Shown in pieces: positions 1 to 13,485 of a stretch of 64,000 bases of DNA (the first letter of the stretch is position 1; each line of letters begins with the position of its first letter). The DNA comes from Camelus dromedarius (Eukaryota): the NCBI RefSeq assembly GCF_036321535.1, contig NC_087447.1, positions 33,172,001 to 33,236,000 on the forward strand, in the 5' to 3' direction. The position numbers and the translations under genes are program-made. The notes below the pieces were generated by a model that did no database searches, was not told the origin of the DNA, and worked only from the letters and a program-made list of their open reading frames with translations.

Positions 1-1609
1 AAATCCAAATGCAGTTTTCTTCAAAGAAAAAGAAAGAACGTCCTTGTTGTTGGGGGTGACATGCAAATTAACTAGCAGGGTAAGAGGCATCTGGGAAACT
101 GCTAAAACCATAGGGAATAATTGGGTTCTGATTGTTAGGTCTTGGGACCTCATCCAGTCCTGATAGTTGATCACAGAGCAGATAACCTGAGTATGAAAAC
201 CAGACACAGCAGGTGGCTCAAGGAGGAGGGATACGGATGCTGCTACTACAAGTAACAGGAGAACGAATGGTGCTGGGCTGAGCTGTTCTGCTTAACTGTC
301 CACCAAACAAGCATGCGTACATTTTGACAATTATCTCAAGATGGGCTGTAGGCAGAGCCCCACCGAGCACTAAAGATGCCAGAGAGGACAGATGTTTCCC
401 CTCTCCACACCTGGATGACTAGAGCATGGAGCTGTGACTTCAGCAGACAATTAGATGCCCTCTCTCAGGGCCCTGGGCTCTTGGTAAGTGAATCAAAGAC
501 ATCGGCCAATCTGACTTATACACTGTGGTAGGAATGTAGATTTGAGACTCCAGTGGCACGATGCTGAGTGTCCAGGGCTGTCAAAACCAGATACACAGTT
601 CCACGTGTTCAAGTGTAACAGCGGCACCCATGGCATCCTAACAGACCATTCCTAAGGCAAGACCTTGGACGCGCAGGTACTGCCTTGGTTCACATCTCCC
701 GTCTACCTCCTGTTAGATCTTTCTAACACATTTATTTTCTGCTTAAGTTAATCCTAGTCAAGTCTATTAGCACCAGTGGAGAATTAGAGGATCTAGAATG
801 TAGAGCCTAAGTAGGCAGCTTCAGGGAAGATGGTCAACAAGCAAAGGGGTTGAAACCCTAAGGACTTAGGGTGTCTGAAAAGAGTAAGTCAGGGCCTCAG
901 TTCTAGGGGATACAGAGTAATGGTAAGTTATCAAGATGGGGATGGGCAGCAAAACCAAAATCCAGCTTATTAAATGCTGTGAGAGAGCCAGGATTGAACC
1001 GAGGCATGAGATCAAAGCCAGGCCAGAAGCATTCTGAATATGAAGCTGAGTACAAAAAAGCATAATAATCACGATGTGACCTTGGGCAAGTCAAGTACCC
1101 GTTCAATTCCTCCATTTCTCAGTCTGTCAATAACGTTACTACCAGATGTCCAAACTCGGAAAACAAACACCCTTCGTTTTCTGAACAACATGAAAGTACA
1201 AATCTTTCTGGAAGAATAAAAAAAACACCCTGATGAAAACTAAGATTTTATTACCATTTAATGAATAAATATGAATATAATAAAACAGATCTAAACCAAA
1301 AATGGCCTGCTCGCTCAGTCCCATGATACTTATTAGAAAGTTTGAATGAAATGTCAAGAGGATATGAGGACTGAAAAGGTATTTTCCAAATACAGACAAT
1401 AATCATGTCATAGTACAATGTGTTCACTTACTATGGAGATGTGTTAATTTACTAGGGAGAATCTTAAGACACCACATGATGAAACTAAGAACCAAGGTAA
1501 AAATATGGAATGTCAAGGTGGCAGAATCGTATCCAGAATTCAGGTGATTAGGCATTTATATAAAGTATAACTGGAAAAGAAAAATAGGTAAAATTCATAT
1601 AGGATGGCC

Positions 1610-1845
1610 AGGTACTGTTTTAACCACTAACTTAACCCTCAGCCCTCATTTAATCCTTATTTAACCCTTCTAACTATACTATGTGGTAGGTCTACTACTA
1701 TACTCCCCTTTTAAAAAATAAAACTGAGGCAGAGAGAGGTTCAAGTAATGGTCCAAGTCCACAAAGCTAGTAAGGGGGTGCAGGTGGCATCTGGAACCCA
1801 GCAGCCTAACTCCAGAGCTGATGCTCTAACCTACTACATCATACT
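1610..1845 (-). mobile_element. MIR SINE
   Basis: ctcatttaatcct...aaactgaggcagagagaggttcaagtaa...agctagtaag...ctccagagc is the reverse of the MIR core. Confidence 0.8.
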
Positions 1846-2420
1846 GCTTCTCAAAAGAAGAAAAAATATTCCTGCAGAGCAAGGACATCAGAAACTTGAA
1901 GTCCAAATTGAACCACACACATATATAACCAATTTAAGGCTGCAGTTTTCATTTGAGGCAGAGACAATTTGGTTCCTCATGTCTCAGCAAAAACTGTTAT
2001 ACCAAGAAGTACAAACATAAGTGCATGTACTGTGTCAGTCTTCAGTGTGTAATTCTCAAGAACGCACAGAAGTTGATGAGAAACATTTTAATTTATTCGG
2101 CAAATATCAAATACTTGCTTTCAGACACAATCCTTTCTGTAATAGGCTTGTATAAATTTCCATTATAAATAAATACTGTATGTTCTATTTATGTGAGGAG
2201 GAAATGAAATACTGTAGGGAGATTTAGACCAAATGAGTCAGCAAGGACAAACATAATATTGGCCAAAGGCAACTTAAAACTTAAAAGAGGCTGGGATACT
2301 TTATTTTTCAATCTGATGTGTATTAAAGGCTGGCCCAGTGGTTTTATCCCAACTCTCAACACATCCTAAATGATTTCAATGTCCCTATGCATGACCCAGG
2401 GACCACTGTATTTTCAAAGG

Positions 2421-2642
2421 TTTTTTTTTAAAATTTTTTTTAAATTGATTTATAATAATTTTACAATGTTGTGTCAAATTCCAGTGTAGAGCACAATTAT
2501 TCAGTTATACATGAACATATATATATATTCATTGTCACATTTTTTTCTCTGTGAGCTACACCATAAGATCTTGTATGTATTTCCCTGTGCTATACAGTAT
2601 AATCTTGTTTATCTATTCTATATTTTGAAATCCCAGTCTATC
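2421..2642 (-). mobile_element. Young L1 3' end fragment
   Basis: Poly-T followed by ttacaatgttgtgtcaaatt...ttccctgtgctatacagt...ttgtttatctatt. Possible TSD tcaaag. Confidence 0.85.
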
Positions 2643-2689
2643 AAAGCTTTGCTTTTTTCAAATCTCATCATTTTAAACTCCTTTCCACT

Positions 2690-4680
2690 TCACGCTTCCT
2701 CTCTTAACCACCTCCTGGGGACTGCCATGACCTTGAAGTGACTCTTACTAGGAATCTTAAACTCCAGTACCCTGATCCCTGACTCCAACTCCCTCTCCTT
2801 CCGGATCGCCCACCTCCCTACTCCTACCTCACCTGCCCTTCCCACTATGCGCCCTGGTGCTACCCCTGCTTTCCCTTTCTTCATGACATGTATCCTAGGT
2901 AAGCGCCACAGTCCATCACTTAAACTCCTGTCTCTGCCACTAGCAGGCTCCCACATCCCCAGCGAAGTCATACAGTCAGCCTTCTCTCCCACAGCGAAGG
3001 CGACTGAGCCCTGCAGGAGAAAGATCGCGCTCTCAGATGGGCTTTGATGACAGTGTATCCTTTCCAACTCCATCTGGATCTTCCACGTTTCAACTTAATT
3101 TTTTTTAACTTCCTTCTGGGAGGCTCCCTTTCCCTTATCTTCAGTCATACTCTCACTCTCCTCATATCTTCATCCTCTTTTAAACTCAGCCGATTCCCTC
3201 AGTCCAATGTGCCCCGTTAATACGGCTTGGAGCAGTCAACTACCAAGTTCCACGTCTTGGTGACATCTGTAATTCCTCCCTTCCCTAGTGACGTCCAGGG
3301 TGAAGACATCCTATTCTATTCAGCACTGCTCTATGTGGGCTCATTCATCTGTGTGCTGTTCAAGTCTGTCCTCTGCCTTCGGCCTCTGGGTTGTTACGGA
3401 AACCTGGCTTTCATCTAAAGGCATGCTCACGTCTCTCCCCACTGACCAACCTCAGCCCCTCCTTCCTGTCCCATAGCCCTCTCTTGCTACCATCCAGTCT
3501 CTCATTGCCTTCCACCAAAGCTCTTTGAAAAATGGTTTGCAGTCACCATCTTCACTTCCTAATCACTCATTCACCCTTTAATATATAGCCCTCTGGCTTC
3601 TGCCTCTGTCCCCAGCAAGGGTCACATTGCACTCCTGTCTACTAATTCAAGGGGTGATTTACAGCAATGTCACTTGACCCCTCAGTTCTCTGCTCTCTCC
3701 TCCTTGAAACTCTTGCCTCCTTCATTCCGAGGACAACACTTCCCTGGTATTTTTCCTTCCTCTAAACTACTGCTCAGCTTTCTTGGTTATACTCTTCCCT
3801 TCCTTAAGTTCTCAAACTGCTGGTTTTTCCAGAGTTCTGTTCTGTGTTCTCTCCAAAGGTGATTTCATATATTTCCACATTTTAAAATGCCACTCTTGTC
3901 TTGACAACATAAAAAAACAAAAAAAAACAAAAACAAAACAAACTCCATGTCCAGTGACTTAGGGTCCTAAAGAATTCACTTACCCAACCTCCAGTCATTT
4001 CCGTAAGGGTTACTAAAATTCCTTTCACCCAATCTGTCCTAAGTGAACAGATGGTCTCCACCACTCCCATTATCAAACTCTCCTTTTCCTAGATGACTTT
4101 TTTGGAAAGTAGCACCATTAGGCACCAAGTCCTCTGAGTCAGAACCTGAACATCATTCTCTGCTGACTTTTCATTCACACACTCCCAAGTCCCAGCTACT
4201 TCCAAAAACTGCAACCTTTACCTTCAGCTAAATCTGCACTCTTGTTCCAAGCTGCCTTAATTCAGACCACTGTCTCTTACCTGGAATAATGCGAGAGACT
4301 TTCATATGAGTTTTCTGCCCTTAACTTCCACAAGACACCCCATAGACCACCTGCTTACAACCCAGATCTATAAACACTACAGCTCACAATACAAGGTTCT
4401 TTATGACAAGGCTTGTGTTAACTTTCATCATCTACCCTTTCACTTCCCTCTCTCACATTTTATGCCCTGACAGCATAGAAGCTCACACATTTCCCAAAGC
4501 CCTCCATTTCAAATGTTGTCTCCACTGCTTAAAATACCTTCTCACCTGTCCCATAATTGCATGGTTTATTTCTTGTCATCCTCCAAAACCCTCCTCTCCA
4601 GGAAGGTTACATATTCTCCTCCCTCTAAGAAGCCTTTCTTTAGTTCCTTTCTTCTTCATATATTAATCTCTCCCTCCTCT
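2690..4680 (+). mobile_element. Degenerate L2 LINE, probably fragmented
   Basis: C/T-rich strand with L2-like tracts such as ctctctcctccttgaaactctt...caacacttccctgg...ttcctct. An L2 3' tail resumes at about 5170-5340. Confidence 0.6.
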
Positions 4681-4706
4681 TGATGACTTCGGAAACATGT
4701 ACATTT

Positions 4707-5145
4707 TCTAGTGGAAGTACAGTTGATGTACAGTGTTGATGTTACAGGTGTACAACAGTGAGTCACAATTTTTCTAGGTTATGCTGCATTTATGGTTATT
4801 ATAAAATGTTGCCTATACTCCCCACAGTGTACAATATATCCTTGTAGCTCATTTTATACCTATTAGTTTGTACTCTTGAATCCTCTGCCCCATACTGCCC
4901 CTACCACATTCCATTTCCCCAGTGGGAACCACTAGTTTGTTCTCTGTATATGTGAGTCTGCTTCTTTTTTGTTCTATGCACTAGTTTGTTTTTTTTTTTT
5001 TTTTTTTAGATTCCACGTATAAGTGATACCATATATGACTCAGTCATAAAAACAAAGAAATTTTGCCATTTGCAACAACATGAATGGACTTAGACGGCAT
5101 TATGCTAAGAGAAATAAGTTAGATAGAGAAAGACACATACTGTAA
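4707..5145 (-). mobile_element. 5'-inverted L1 insertion (twin priming)
   Basis: An antisense L1 3' UTR (4707-5034) is joined to a sense L1 piece (5035-5145). TSD gaaacatgta(c/t)attt at 4692-4706 and 5146-5160. Confidence 0.85.
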
Positions 5146-5825
5146 GAAACATGTATATTTTTATATTTTTCCCCTGATCGCCTTGAAAGAGAATCTATAT
5201 TTTACATGTATGTCTCACCCATTGGACATGTGCCACTTTAGATAAGAAACTATGGTTTATTCATCTCTGTATCCTCAAAATTTACCATAAAGTCTGGTGC
5301 ATAAAAGTCACTCACTAAATGCTTGACAGATTGAATTGAATTGGATTTCATAGTTCAGTTTTGCTTTTAAGAGATGGCTGCAAAAGACAGACTTCCCTGG
5401 CCATGTCAAGTCCTGCACCAATCATCCGTCAACCCAGATTCAATGTTACCATCCCCCAGGGTGAGAAAATACTCTCTCAGATGCATGCATTGTCTTTGGT
5501 TATCAGTGATTTCACCAGATTTAGAAATGGGGTCTTAAATAGTCCATTCCTCCTCCTCTGGTTAGGAATTGTAGCAGTTCACTAAACAGTCTTTACAAAA
5601 GAGTAATATTTTACCCACAGCAGGTGTCAGGTCAATCAAACCTTTCAGCATAAGCCACAGAGCCATATGGCTTACAACTCAGACAATCTAATCCCATTTT
5701 CACAGCTCTGTTCATCCTGTCCACTAAATGGGAAGATAGAAGAGCCATGAGTTTTGTCACACATGAACTCTTTAATGCTGCCCATAGCATGGTTCTCAAT
5801 CCTGGTAAAAAAGACTTGATAAATC

Positions 5826-6028
5826 AGGGAACTATATTCAATATCTTATAGTAACTTACGGTGGAAAAGAATATGAAAACGAATATATATATGTTCATGT
5901 ATGACTGAAGTATTGCGCTGTACACCAGAAGTTGACACAACATTCTAAAGTGACTATACTTCAATTTAAAAATATATATATATACACACACATACACACC
6001 CACACACACAAACATAAAAAAAAAAAAA
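5826..6028 (+). mobile_element. Young L1 3' end fragment
   Basis: agggaactatattcaatatcttatagtaac...tgactatacttcaa followed by a (TA)/(CA) tract and poly-A tail. aaatca occurs on both sides. Confidence 0.85.
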
Positions 6029-6109
6029 TCAACGGTTGCCTCCAGCGATCGGACGTAGGATTTCTATGGGGTAAGAATGTTTTCTCAGTTTCTAAAGAGA
6101 AATCGCACA

Positions 6110-6345
6110 GGGTGGTAGAAGGGGCAGAGATTCTGGAGTCAGACAGTCTGAGGTCCACCTCCTATTAGCGGAGTAACCTTGGGCAACGGACATCAATCTC
6201 TGAGCCTCAATTTGCCTCACTGGTAAAACAAGGATAATGTCTACCTCACTGACTTAAAATTATTTATAACTACGATAAATAAGGTGATAAATGTATTACA
6301 GTGTCTAGCGGCGTATCGGGCACATTCTAGATATTAAATAAATGA
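6110..6345 (+). mobile_element. MIR SINE
   Basis: tctggagtcagacag...accttgggcaa...tctctgagcctcaattt...aaaacaaggataat. Confidence 0.8.
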
Positions 6346-8269
6346 CATTTTCTTTCTTTTCCCTTAGTTTCAGTTCCCAAAAGCCCTACTGAAGATGAGC
6401 TACAGGAAGGCAGACAGGTTGTGTCTGTCTTGTTCACTGCTGTACCCCCAGTGCCTAGTCAAGTGCCTGGGTCATAACAAGTGCCCAATAACTACTTAAT
6501 GAAATGAATTTTCTTACAAGTCTGTTCGACCCACTCCCATCAAAACAAATCTTAGGTTGTTCCCAGTCACTACAATGATGCTTACTTGCTTTTTCTCTTC
6601 TTTTTCTTTTCTGTTTCTTTTTCTGTCCCTCTCTCCACTCCCCCCCCCCCAACACACACACCATTAACTCATACACAAAACCCCAAACTGAGCATCTATT
6701 TTTTGGGAGCTTGCCTGTCAACCTCAGATGGGTTTAATGAATGGTCCATCTGGTTAAATCAAAAATGTCTATTTAACACACTAGCAATTTTATGATTTAT
6801 AAAAGACTTGATAAAAACACAATTGTATTTTAAATGCCTGGACTAAAATCCATCTTCTCTAAGAAGGTTATGGGGAACATAAAATGTCCCAACTGCCTAA
6901 GTGCCATCTGCATCAACAGGAAGGAGGCAGCTCATGAATTTCAGAAAAATAATTTACAAAGGTCATTGTGAGGTTCCGAGAGGTGGCAAATGAAATAAAT
7001 GAAAATTACAGACAAATCTGAACTGAAATCAGACTTTTCTGTGAGAAAGTCTATGTAAATGCAAGAAATACGGGGAAGCAGTTGAGACCAAATCAGAGAG
7101 ACCACTCTGGATATAATTAGGTAAGAGCCCATGGGAATAGACAGTTTAAAAAAAGAACACAGAGAAATGAATTACCTTGGGCTGGAAATATTTCATTCTC
7201 ATGCTTATTCTTGGAAAGAGGAGGGGAGCCGTATAATTTCTTATTTGCACATTTTTATTTAATTAAAAAGAAACTCATTTGAGGGAACTCTCATTTTAAG
7301 GACCACCTTCACCTCTGTCAATTGCACAGACAAAAGCTGAGTTTGAGACCTCATGGGATGAAAATGGTAGTAACTTTACATCTGAGAGTCCACAGTATCT
7401 TAAAGGCTGATCAAGGTCAGTATTATTACAAGCCTCTCTTTTGTCCTTTCCTTCCTCCAACCCCCAACACACCCAGGACCTTTCTGACAAGAAAACAAAT
7501 GCAGACTGAGCTTTTCCCAAACATATTTGAAATGACGTCTCTCGGCCAAAATCACAAGCATCTTTGTTGGTTCATCATTTAGCACGTACTTCATTTTGAG
7601 CAATGGAGTTGGAACTTTAATCAATGACAAGCGAAAAACATACCACCTGTCAAATGGCTACACTGGGAGCAGTAGGCAGAGGTGAGGGTTGGTAAGGGGA
7701 GAATTGGGATCAGGAAATAGATTAAAAATATAAATTCTCTCCATCACACTGATGCTGGACAACAAATGCTTTGTGCAAACAAAAAGCTATCAACAACCCC
7801 CACAACCTTCCTTTGCTAGAAAATGTCCAGAACTGGGTGGGAGAGGGCACGACAGGGCGTTAGAAACATATTTGCCCAATCCTTCAGGAGTGGTCTAAAC
7901 ACTGATACCCCAAGCATATTCAAACAAGCACTCCACCTTCAGGGTGCACTGGTGTCCACACCTACTTCTATGATGTCAACCAGTGTCACGCTCAAGATGA
8001 GGAAGAGGCAACAGACCGGTATTTATTTGGAACAAAGAAATCGGACAGCCTAACAGATGCAGAAAGATATTTCAATAAAATGAGACTTACAGACATACCT
8101 ACCTCTGTGTAGCATTTTAACTCGGAACAGATATTGAAAGCTGCTAATTCATTGGATTTTTGCCAAAACACTTTGTTTGTAACGTTTATTCCCATTTAAC
8201 TGATACAGAAAGTAGGAGTCAGAAAGGTTAAGCCAAGTCATCAAAACTTGATCTCCATCATACAGCCTT

Positions 8270-8450
8270 TATTGAGGGCTTACTCTGCTCAGCACCATGC
8301 TGAAGAAATTATATATGCATTATCTCATTTCATCCTCAAAGCAAGCATATGAGACAGAGATACTATGTACATTCCAAATTTCAGATGTGGAAATTGGGAC
8401 TGAGAGGGGTAAAGCAACTTAACTGAGGTCATTACATATGAAGACTGACT
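8270..8450 (-). mobile_element. MIR SINE
   Basis: tttattgagggcttact...tctcatttcatcctc...cagatgtggaaattgggactgagaggggtaaagcaactt. Confidence 0.75.
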
Positions 8451-8479
8451 GAAACAGGCTGCTAGAGCCACTTGAAATT

Positions 8480-8798
8480 CACACACCACATGCACCGTCA
8501 ACACTCAGCACACACACGGAAGCACATCACTCACACCACATACACACATGCACCACTCACGCACCATGTAGTCCATCTGCACATACCACACACATCCTCC
8601 ACATCACACATGTCCCCCACCTGTCCCCCACAGAGCAAATGCAACACACACACTGCATACACTTTTATACCACACACATCCCACATACCATATACACACA
8701 CCACACACACACCTTATACACGCACTGCACGCACATCCTCACGCTACACATACACACGCCATATCCATGTATGTGCACGTGCTCACACCACACACACC
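8480..8798. repeat. Degenerate CA-rich low-complexity repeat
   Basis: Interrupted CACAC/CATAC runs. They generate the His/Thr-rich spurious ORFs. Confidence 0.9.
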
Positions 8799-9439
8799 GT
8801 TTGCAGGTTGCTACCAGAAGCCCCTGGGACGCCACCTCTACGCTACTCTCCAAGGAACAGGTCTTTGTCACTTGGTAAAGGACCCTGGTTCTCAGGTCAA
8901 AGACACGGAGAAATGTCTCAGGAAGAAGAAACAACAAGCAAAGTAACGATGCGTGTCCCCCTAGCCCACTGGTACAGAGCCTAGCTGGGTAGCAGGGCCA
9001 CATGGTGGCCCACCTGGGGGCTTTAGGGAAAAATATGTAAGTCCAGGTCTCTCTCTAGACCAATTAAATTGGAAGTGTTTGTGGGGGAGGGCAGGGTCCT
9101 GGGTCTCAGCATTTGAAAACACATACACTGTAGATGATGCAAAGGTGCAGTCAAGATGGAGAAGAACACCTTCCCTCTTCCTTGTGTCCTTGAATCTGAG
9201 CCTCCTACTGCCCAGGCCACAAGTGAGGCCCACCGCCCATCAGTGTAGCAAAGGCAACAGCTGGGGCCGACCCACCCCTGCTGCTTGACCACCGTGAAGC
9301 CATGGTGAGATGAGAGCAAGGCAGGCCAGCCCCCGATAGCATGTGAAGCCCTCATTTCCACTGACCCTGACTTCCCTGCGTTTAGTGCCAAGGGGTTCCT
9401 ACAGCCTGTCTCCAACCTGAGCACCCACCACTGGGCTTT

Positions 9440-9885
9440 ACTATGCTCCAGTGACTTATTCCCCCGGCCACAGGGCCTTTGCAACTGCCCTGCCCTCTGC
9501 CTGAAATACTCTCTTCTCGTATCTTTACATGGTTGGTTCTTTCCAGTTCTTCAGCTCAAAGCCACTTCCTCAGAGAGGCCCTCCCTGACCACCCACCCAA
9601 ACATGGCCCTGCCCCCAACCCTAGTCACTTGCTCGCTTTCCCTGTTTTGTTCTCTTCACTGCACGTAGCACTGGCTGGTATTTTTAACTCATCATTGTCA
9701 TTGTCACCCCTACCTGAAGTTGTCATATATGCAGGAACCAAATAAACCTGTTCACCTGCCTCCTCTCATCGCCTAGAACAAACTCAAGAAGAGGAACTCT
9801 GTGCATCTTGTCCACGTCTGTGTTCTGAGTAACAGCAACTGGCACATAGTAGGTGCTCAATAAATATTTCACTAAATGAAAAAAA
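9440..9885 (+). mobile_element. L2 3' end
   Basis: cagggcctttgca...ttcctcagagaggccctccctgaccac...ctggcacatagtaggtgctcaataaatattt. Confidence 0.85.
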
Positions 9886-12219
9886 CAAGTAAATAAAGAG
9901 CAGGGTTGTTTTCTTTTTCTTTTAGGTTTTAGAAAAACCAAGACAGGAAATGTAAACCTACTGCTATAGTGGGAAGGGATGTATCTACTATCAAGCTGTG
10001 GACTTAAAATTCCTTAACAGCCAGGCTGCCCACAGAGCAAACTCAGGTCCATAAGACCAGTGCTCTTAACCACTACAGCATCAAGTCTGCCTTCCTACGG
10101 AGAACCTAAGGCACAGACTGAAACTGGCACAAGAGTCTTGTGCTTTTCCCTGATGCTCTTTTCTGTGTTCCAGGGCCGGGGTTAGAAAGAGAGGGATGGA
10201 AGAGAGTGAGCAAAACCAAACAGATATACCGAGCATCAAGGAGTCTTTATCTCTCCCCGCGCACGCAAGATTTATGTTCCCGACGGCAGTGTGGCCCCAA
10301 AACTCATGTCCTGTTAACGACTTGTCATCAGAAGGTTCTAACATGCACCAACTTTAAAAAGGAAAACTCTCTGCTCAAATTCAGAGACTCACAAGTCTTC
10401 TGTTTTGACAGTTTCTCTGCAGAAAGAAAACACCTCGAGTGAAACTCACCCCAGTCTCCGATCCAATTCGCCGGCTCCTCACAGATGAGCCAGTGTGAGA
10501 GGGGCATGGGGGCTGGCTTCCTCTAATCAACTTTCGGGGGGTGAAAAGTGCACTGGGAGCCCACAGGGAGAAGAAGTTGGGCCCACGCTGTTTATCAGCA
10601 ACTCAAGAAACTGACTGCAGAAAGGCCCAGAAAGCCTTCTTAAGTAAACTCCACCAAGAGCACAGTCACTGTGGCTTCAGGAGTGAGATGCTCAGAGCCT
10701 CTCTGTCCGTGAATCCATCACCTGAACGAAGACCTGCTTTACCCGCTGAAGCCCTGCTACTCTCGTTTTTGTAGCTTCTTCTGCTTGAAATCTCTCTCCA
10801 CCACCAACCCCTCCCAGCTTTCTCTCCTCACCCCCGACCCCTCCCCTATCTATCTATTATCATCCTGCCACCCCCCGAGGCCAGGTGGGGCTGCTCCACC
10901 TCTGAGGGGCCTTTTTCATCCATCTGCACAACCACAACCAACTATTGAATCTCCCTTGTTTTCACAGTGGGTTTAGGCATTTGATCAAGGGTGATCTGGA
11001 ATTCTTTTCTGGTCATTTCATGTGTCTCTATCCCTTTAGGAGAATACTTTGAGTTCCGCGGTGACAGAGATGGTGTCACGCGCACTTAAGATACTTGTCA
11101 AATGATCCTGGGAGAGTGAACACAGCCGGCTTCCCCTAGGAGGCCCAACAGGGATAAATCCTCGTCAGTCGAGGCTTCAGCTGGAAGACCACCATTTGTA
11201 CAGCTTAACTCTCCATTAGGAGACCCCTGCTAATGCCAAACTAATCCAAGGCAACTGCCTTTCTAAGGGATCAGAGAAATGGAAAGGATGCCTCACACAG
11301 AGGCAATTTAGCATCACAGGCTGATCCACTTATGGCAACCAGCTACCGAAGGGCCTGACTGAGGAAGTCGGGGCCCCGCCCTGCATCTGAGAAGCAGAGG
11401 TCAGTCACCTGGTCATGAATCTCCCCTATGCTGGAACTCTCAGACCAGAATTTCAGTGTATTCCTTCAGTATATTACAGAGAGTATTTATCCATTAAATG
11501 GGTCAAGGAAGCAGTTCTGGGGAGTGCTACACATTTCACCTCCCACAGAGAGATTCAAAATGCTCCTTAGTTGGCAAAGGTGTTGAGAAATCTTTCAGAA
11601 AGTCAATCTATTTAATTTTGTTCTACTCAGCATCTCCCACACTCATTTATGCATGGAAAACCCTTTTCCAAATCTCAGCCATTAGTGTTTCACAGAATGA
11701 CTGTTGCTCTAACGAAAGGATATCCTAAGTAACTCCCTTCGGTGCCACATTCAGAATCCCAGTGCGCCGAGATCTCGCAGAGCCACGAAGCAGGATGATG
11801 CAGATTAAAAGTGAGTTGTATTTTTTTGGTTACTATCTGTCTTTACTGTTTGGTACGGGTACTGGTGGCTCTCCGTTTCCCATCCCACTCCCCTCCTCCT
11901 CTGCTCTGCGCTGAGTCACCCTGGGCACTCTCCCTTGGCTGCTTTCCAGTTGGAGGGCAGGAGCAGAGGAGGTACAGGTAATTCTTTCTAGTTCCTTCAC
12001 GTCTCCAGAGCGACAGCCCTCACAGGGCAGCCCCAGCTCCACAATTCTGGCTCTCTTGCCTCTGGTACCACTGTACCACTGTTCCCTGCCCTCATCCCTC
12101 AGACATAAGGATGCCAAAGGTTTCCCCCGATGCTTCCCTCTGTGCCGTGAACACGGAGTGTTCACCCTGCTTCCACCCATGCCTCTGTAAGTAACCCCTT
12201 CAATTGCGAACCACCCCAC

Positions 12220-12775
12220 CCCTAAGCAGGACCCTGCAGGGCAGCAGCTCTTTGCAAGAAACCACCCCAGCAGCAAACTCCTTTTCCTGTCACTTTAGCA
12301 AAGCTATACCTACCCCTAAACCAAGCACCTCTATGCCCTACTCATCTCTGACCTAAACATACCTTTTGAATCTTTTGATCACACAAAACCTTGCCTAACC
12401 CGCTGGTCTTTTCCCCACAGATAGAAATGGAGAATAAGTAATCAACAAATGACCAGATCTCTTCTCTATCATTTCCCTTCAGTTATCTCACAAACAAACT
12501 GCATGAGCAAGACAGCATCTAAAGGAAATTCACAGAGAACTGACACTCCTGCACTCAGTCCAGGGGTGGTACCGACTCTGAGCACCCCCACCACCACCTC
12601 AATGATTACTTCCCTTTTCCCCATTAAAACTTCCATGGCTGAGCAAAATCTTCAGAGACAGTCCTGGGGACATAAGCTCACCATCTCGCCAGACTGCCGA
12701 CATTCTGATTAAAAGCAATTTTCCCCTCTATCAACATTGCCTCTTTTACTTATTGATTTAAAGATTGGCAGGCAT
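12220..12775 (+). mobile_element. ERV1-class LTR (older, degenerate)
   Basis: Begins taagcaggaccctg, like the adjacent LTR. It has an LTR-type 3' part (attaaaacttccatggctgag...ctgattaaaagcaattttcc). Confidence 0.55.
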
Positions 12776-12779
12776 TTTT

Positions 12780-12960
12780 TTCAAGTGCTTTACATGTACT
12801 AACTCATTTAATCACCATAAACACTCTATATGCTGAGTATTATTATTCTTTAAGTTCTGTGACTGAAGAGACAAATTAAAATGATTTGCCCACAGGTACA
12901 TGCCAGGAAGTGATGGAGTGGGCATTCCTATCAGGTCTGTCCAATTCCAGGGCCTGAGAT
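12780..12960 (-). mobile_element. MIR SINE
   Basis: aagtgctttacatgtactaactcatttaatc...tgatttgccca. Confidence 0.75.
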
Positions 12961-13016
12961 GAAGAGCACTACAGATCAGCATTTTAGGGGTGACTCTGTC
13001 AAGCGAAACCCCACCT

Positions 13017-13485
13017 TGTAAGCAAGCAGGACCCTGTGGGGCCTTCATGGGAGGGGGGACAGACCCCTCCCCCATATCCTCTGCTGGAACTCCTCTCTGA
13101 AGTACCCAGTTAACAGGATCTCGTGCATACTGACTGAGTTTTTCATATGCTAAAAACCACCATCAAATGGAAGAAATTAATGATCCTGAGCACTGGCCCC
13201 CAGACCTTCCGGCACCTAGGGGTCGACAGTGTCGCCACCCTGTTACTTCAACATCAACCCTTCAGAGAACTGTGCACGCTGATCACATACCCTGTGACCC
13301 ACCCCCTCCCTAATCTGGCCTTGAAATATGCTTTGCTGAAACCCTTCGAGGAGTTCAGAGTTTTCTTGGGCATGAGCCACCCCATCCTGCTTGCCCTGCA
13401 ATAACCTTTCTCTGCTCCAAACTCCAGCGTTTCAGTTTGTTTGGCTTCACAGTGCGTCGGGCACACAGACTTGCGTTCAGTACCA
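13017..13485 (+). mobile_element. Solo ERV1-class LTR
   Basis: TG...CA termini with a 4-bp TSD ACCT (13013-13016 / 13486-13489). Poly-A-signal-like caataacc near 13400. Confidence 0.8.

Noticed and set aside
8289..8308. REST/NRSE-like ctcagcaccatg
   Set aside because: Only the left half-site is present, the GGACAG half is missing, and it sits inside a MIR.
8472..9003. 170-aa His/Thr-rich ORF and its Cys/Val-rich antisense ORF
   Set aside because: These are translations of a CA-rich low-complexity repeat.
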